A stretch of DNA of 64,000 nucleotides from Vitrella brassicaformis CCMP3155 (Eukaryota; Protista; Chromerida), in NCBI GenBank assembly GCA_001179505.1, contig CDMY01000409.1, positions 1-64,000 on the forward strand, given 5' to 3'. A program made the translations under genes and the position numbers. How positions within the stretch are numbered: position 1 is the stretch's first letter; each line of letters begins with the position of its first letter. Under the pieces are notes generated by a model that searched no databases, had not been told where the DNA came from, and was given only the letters and a program-made list of their open reading frames with translations. Below are positions 61,730-64,000 of the stretch, piece after piece.

Positions 61730-63701
61730 CGACAGACCGACACATGGTAAATGACAAGCATACACATTATGCACCACAAGTCGGCGTACGCAGGCAGAGG
61801 GACTTTGGGTGCAGGGCCCGATGCCTTGAGGACGGGCAGCTGTGTGGGCAGGGAAGCAGGCGCAGCTCTCGGAGACACGACAGATCCCCTGGGCGAACTC
61901 TTCCTTGATGTGGGGCTGGCCGCGTGATCAGTGGAGGGCGGGGCCTCCTGCTGAGATGAGATGGATGCGCGCTGGGACTTGGGTGAGGGTGTGCGCTTCA
62001 CCCGCTCCTTAGACGTGTCGGTGGTGGGGAGGTCTTCATCGATCATCCACATGGCACGGTACTGTGTCGTGCCCCAATAGTAGACACCTCCATTCTTCAA
62101 CAGGCTGCGACACAACGGGAGATGACGACTTGGAGACATGCAATGGTTGCTCTGCCTAACCTTTCGGCGCTTTGTTTGCACATTATCTGGTGCATCTCTG
62201 GCATGAGGACCGTAGTCCCCCTCAATCTCACCTCGTCAGCAGCAGGCCCGCCCGCCTGGTCACCTTCTCCTTCATGAGAAGCTTCGCGGTCGAGTGCAGC
62301 TGCCACAGAGACGACACACTCCCGAAGTGACGGAGGGAGGGAAGGGGCGGGGTCCTGCAGACAAGAAAAAGTGCATGTCTCTCTTCGCGCAGGCGCCTGC
62401 TCGTGTGTGGGTGGACCACAAGAGTGAGCACAGTAGGGCTTTCAAGCAGGTCATCAACAGTCGGGCGAGACGAGGGCAGTGGACTCAGCATCTGACGAGG
62501 CAACCCAGAACAAATGTGCGCATCTAGGTGTGGCTGCAGAAGCATATCTAGATGGGCTTCACCGTGCAGATGAGCTCGAGGAAGTCCGTTTGGGGCGGCG
62601 GTGCACCAATCGCTTCGAGACGCGACAAAACGAACTGTGGCACCCCGTCGGGGGAAAGCCGCAGCACGTCCGCCTGCACCCACATACACAAGCACCGCCG
62701 TGCACATGCATCAGCAAAGCAGTCCCAGCCACGCTAACCGGATCCCCGATGAACTCCGAATGAGGCGTGAGCGTCGCCATCTCGAGCAGACACATACCCA
62801 GAGCAAAGACGTCATCCAAGGGCTGCACACCAAAGTGGTCCGGTGTCTCCTTCATTGCCGCCAGCCGCTGTCGGGGGTAGAACGGGGAGTGCGGCATGTG
62901 GGCATTCTCATGGTCGGAAGGCAGCGTGTTGACGTGAGCGTCACCGATCTTGATCGCGGGAGCTGTGCGGCCGCCCTTGCCAGTGGGGGCCTTCAAGAAC
63001 ATGTTGTTCAGCTGCAGATTGCCATGAACGAAACCTGCGAGCAAAGGAGGCATCATCGTGTGGACAGCCTCTGTGTGATAAACAGTGACCTTGGTGATGG
63101 ATTGTCTGCAGTGTCTGCAGCAGGGTGGCGGCGAACTGATGCAGCTGGCCAGGAGAAAAATAGGCAGGCGGGTCGAGGGCGCGGCGACGAAGGATCTCGT
63201 GCTCGAAGCTTGTGTCCATCAGCTCCTCTGACACACATACAAACACACAAGCAGCCGCAGCCGTGTCTCGTTGTCCGTGGGCCATTTCTGTTTCCATTTT
63301 AGCCTACCCACGACGCAGCAGCGGAACTTGCTTCCCTGTGTACACTCCTCAATGAAGCACACATTGGCGAGTATCGTCACCTTGCCCGACTCTTTGGCTT
63401 TGAATTCCTTCATCCACTCTGCTTGCCCCACAAACTCCCCGAGCACCCTCTCCGCCTCTTCCAGCGTGTCGAGGGCCACCCTTTTCAGTGCCAAGTGTGG
63501 TTTCTGCTCACTGCCAGAGGTGGACAAGCTGGCGCTGAGTCGTCTGGCTGGCGTCACACACAGGACGTCCTGAAACACGGGAACACACACGAGGGGAGGG
63601 GGTGATATGTTTCTCGTGTTTTCTCATTCTTTCCTGCTCACCCCGTAGCCCCAGCATGCGTCCCGGCTCCCCAGCTTTCGTACGACTTCCCAACGCTCCA
63701 T
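59386..63701 (-). CDS. NEK-like pseudokinase with a long low-complexity linker and a C-terminal TPR/alpha-solenoid region
   Basis: MERWEVVRKLGSRDACWGYG|DV, HLALKRV and EEAERVLGE form the N-lobe. Catalytic loop is HGNLQLNN, DFG is replaced by DAH, and DDVFALGMCLLEMATL follows. Late exons are TPR-like (IAHNFLCRGHLMAARAAYRQA; IANAIEWAGDLRAARSLFEQA). Confidence 0.7.
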
Positions 63702-64000
63702 CTTTCTGTCCCCCGCTCAGCCACACCGATCGCGAGCTGCGAGCTGAGAGTGAGTCTGAGAGACCTCATTGGCATACATATTCCTTTTCTAGCCTATTCT
63801 GCAGCCAGCCACAGTGCCTGGCGGCCTCGTGCGAAGAGGGCGGCTGATCTCCCCAAACGCCTCGTACGGTGGTTGCTCGAAGGTAGATTGTAGACATGGG
63901 CCTGCCGGAGCATCTCTTCGAGGCCCATGCGTCCCCAGGTGGAGCAGCCATCCTCAAGCAGGTGAATCGGTCACAGATCTGTCTTGCATGTGGCTTGACG

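Noticed and set aside
63766-64000. Short minus-strand ORFs at the window end
   Set aside because: No recognisable motif or clear splice context; may be UTR or part of a gene outside the window.

Overview
Intron-rich eukaryotic genomic DNA with short GT-AG introns full of CA/GACA and TG/TGTC microsatellites, and five ~300-N scaffold gaps. The style and gene content (bipartite plastid-targeting signal, SF-assemblin) suggest a chromerid alveolate such as Vitrella brassicaformis; this is inference, not verified. All gene models were spliced by eye, so exon boundaries are approximate. Genes found: a GT64/EXTL-type glycosyltransferase head-to-head with a Methyltransf_22-type methyltransferase; a plastid-targeted M41-like HExxH peptidase; a TPR plus helical-repeat protein; two tandem non-RD CMGC/CDK-like kinases, each with a frameshift; an importin-alpha-like 3' fragment; SF-assemblin head-to-head with a NEURL4-type ADP-ribosyltransferase-like plus WWE protein; a multi-TM/LRR protein apparently spliced in frame to a bacterial-type beta-helix domain; two tandem secreted Cys-rich proteins; and a NEK-like pseudokinase. 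The dominant feature is eight copies or fragments of one uncharacterised multi-exon family with a conserved core and swappable N-termini (F-box-like, N-myristoylation motif, cyclin C-box fusion). Best leads: the cyclin-box fusion and modular family, the 5'-CA / 3'-TG self-complementary intron architecture, the TM-LRR-beta-helix fusion, the pseudo-ART/WWE gene and a dense hairpin cluster at about 21.7 kb. No rRNA, tRNA, CRISPR array or transposase was recognised.
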